A stretch of 64,000 nt of DNA from assembly GCA_044224405.1 (NCBI GenBank), contig JBGAKN010000005.1:15725-79724 (forward strand). Reading direction: 5' to 3'. The notes below the pieces were generated by a model. That model had not been told where the DNA came from. It saw only the letters and a list, made by a program, of their open reading frames with translations, and searched no databases. The stretch comes from Tagaea sp. (GTDB lineage Bacteria > Pseudomonadota > Alphaproteobacteria > CACIAM-22H2). Positions 63,923 through 64,000 of this stretch are shown one piece after another (the stretch's first letter is position 1; each line of letters opens with the position of its first letter). The position numbers and the translations under genes are program-made.

Positions 63923-64000
63923 TGAAGATCTGCCAGCTCTGCGCCGTCGATTTCACGCTCTATCATTTCCTGCTGCCGCTGATGCGCGCGTTGCGCGATG
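63923..64000 (+). CDS. 5' fragment of a putative GT-B glycosyltransferase (runs off the window)
   Basis: MKICQLCAVDFTLYHFLLPLMRALRD resembles the N-terminus of group-1 glycosyltransferases. Confidence 0.3.

Noticed and set aside
1-64000. Search for CRISPR arrays, rRNA/tRNA genes, IS elements/transposases and integrases
   Set aside because: No direct-repeat arrays, no tRNA-like cloverleaf candidates flanking the locus, and no transposase or integrase-like ORFs were recognised. The locus therefore shows no classical mobile-element signatures apart from the two AT-rich islands.

Overview
This is a GC-rich (about 68-70%) window that looks alphaproteobacterial from LptD/Rpe similarity. The first 6 kb holds envelope housekeeping genes: a partial SGNH hydrolase, a heparinase II/III-like protein, rpe, lptD and a convergent lptE-like lipoprotein. 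From about 6.2 kb to the window end runs a roughly 58 kb glycan (LPS O-antigen or capsule type) biosynthesis super-locus. Its core is an almost gap-free, co-directional minus-strand array of about 40 genes (5664-43931) with many 1-4 nt start/stop overlaps. That array encodes a pseudaminic-acid pathway (pseB, pseI, pseC, a pseG-pseH fusion, cytidylyltransferases). It also encodes an acetamidino-forming amidotransferase trio (PP-loop amidotransferase plus HisH/HisF paralogs) and a deacetylase/formyltransferase pair. A second ulosonic-acid branch that may run through phosphorylated intermediates is present (NeuB-like synthase fused to a PMI-type cupin, a HAD phosphatase, a NeuA-like CMP-synthetase). 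There is an unusual N-acylation module (PhyH dioxygenase, adenylation-ACP didomain, AAC(3)-like transferase, DUF4910-like protein). There is a split ThDP (TPP) decarboxylase pair. Four proteins share a beta-strand-HP motif consistent with GT-B nonulosonate transferases. About 11 methyltransferases, several GT2/GT4/GT9/GT11-like transferases and a PglK/MsbA-type ABC exporter complete the set. A NusG paralog plus a wHTH/CoA-binding-like regulator sit beside a divergent promoter. Two copies of a perfect GTTCAC-N3-GTGAAC palindrome occur in separate promoter regions. Two AT-rich islands (about 40.9-41.0 kb and 61.6-62.0 kb) stand out against the GC-rich background. No rRNA, tRNA, CRISPR or transposase genes were recognised. 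All coordinates come from the ORF track plus manual start refinement and may be off by a few bases.
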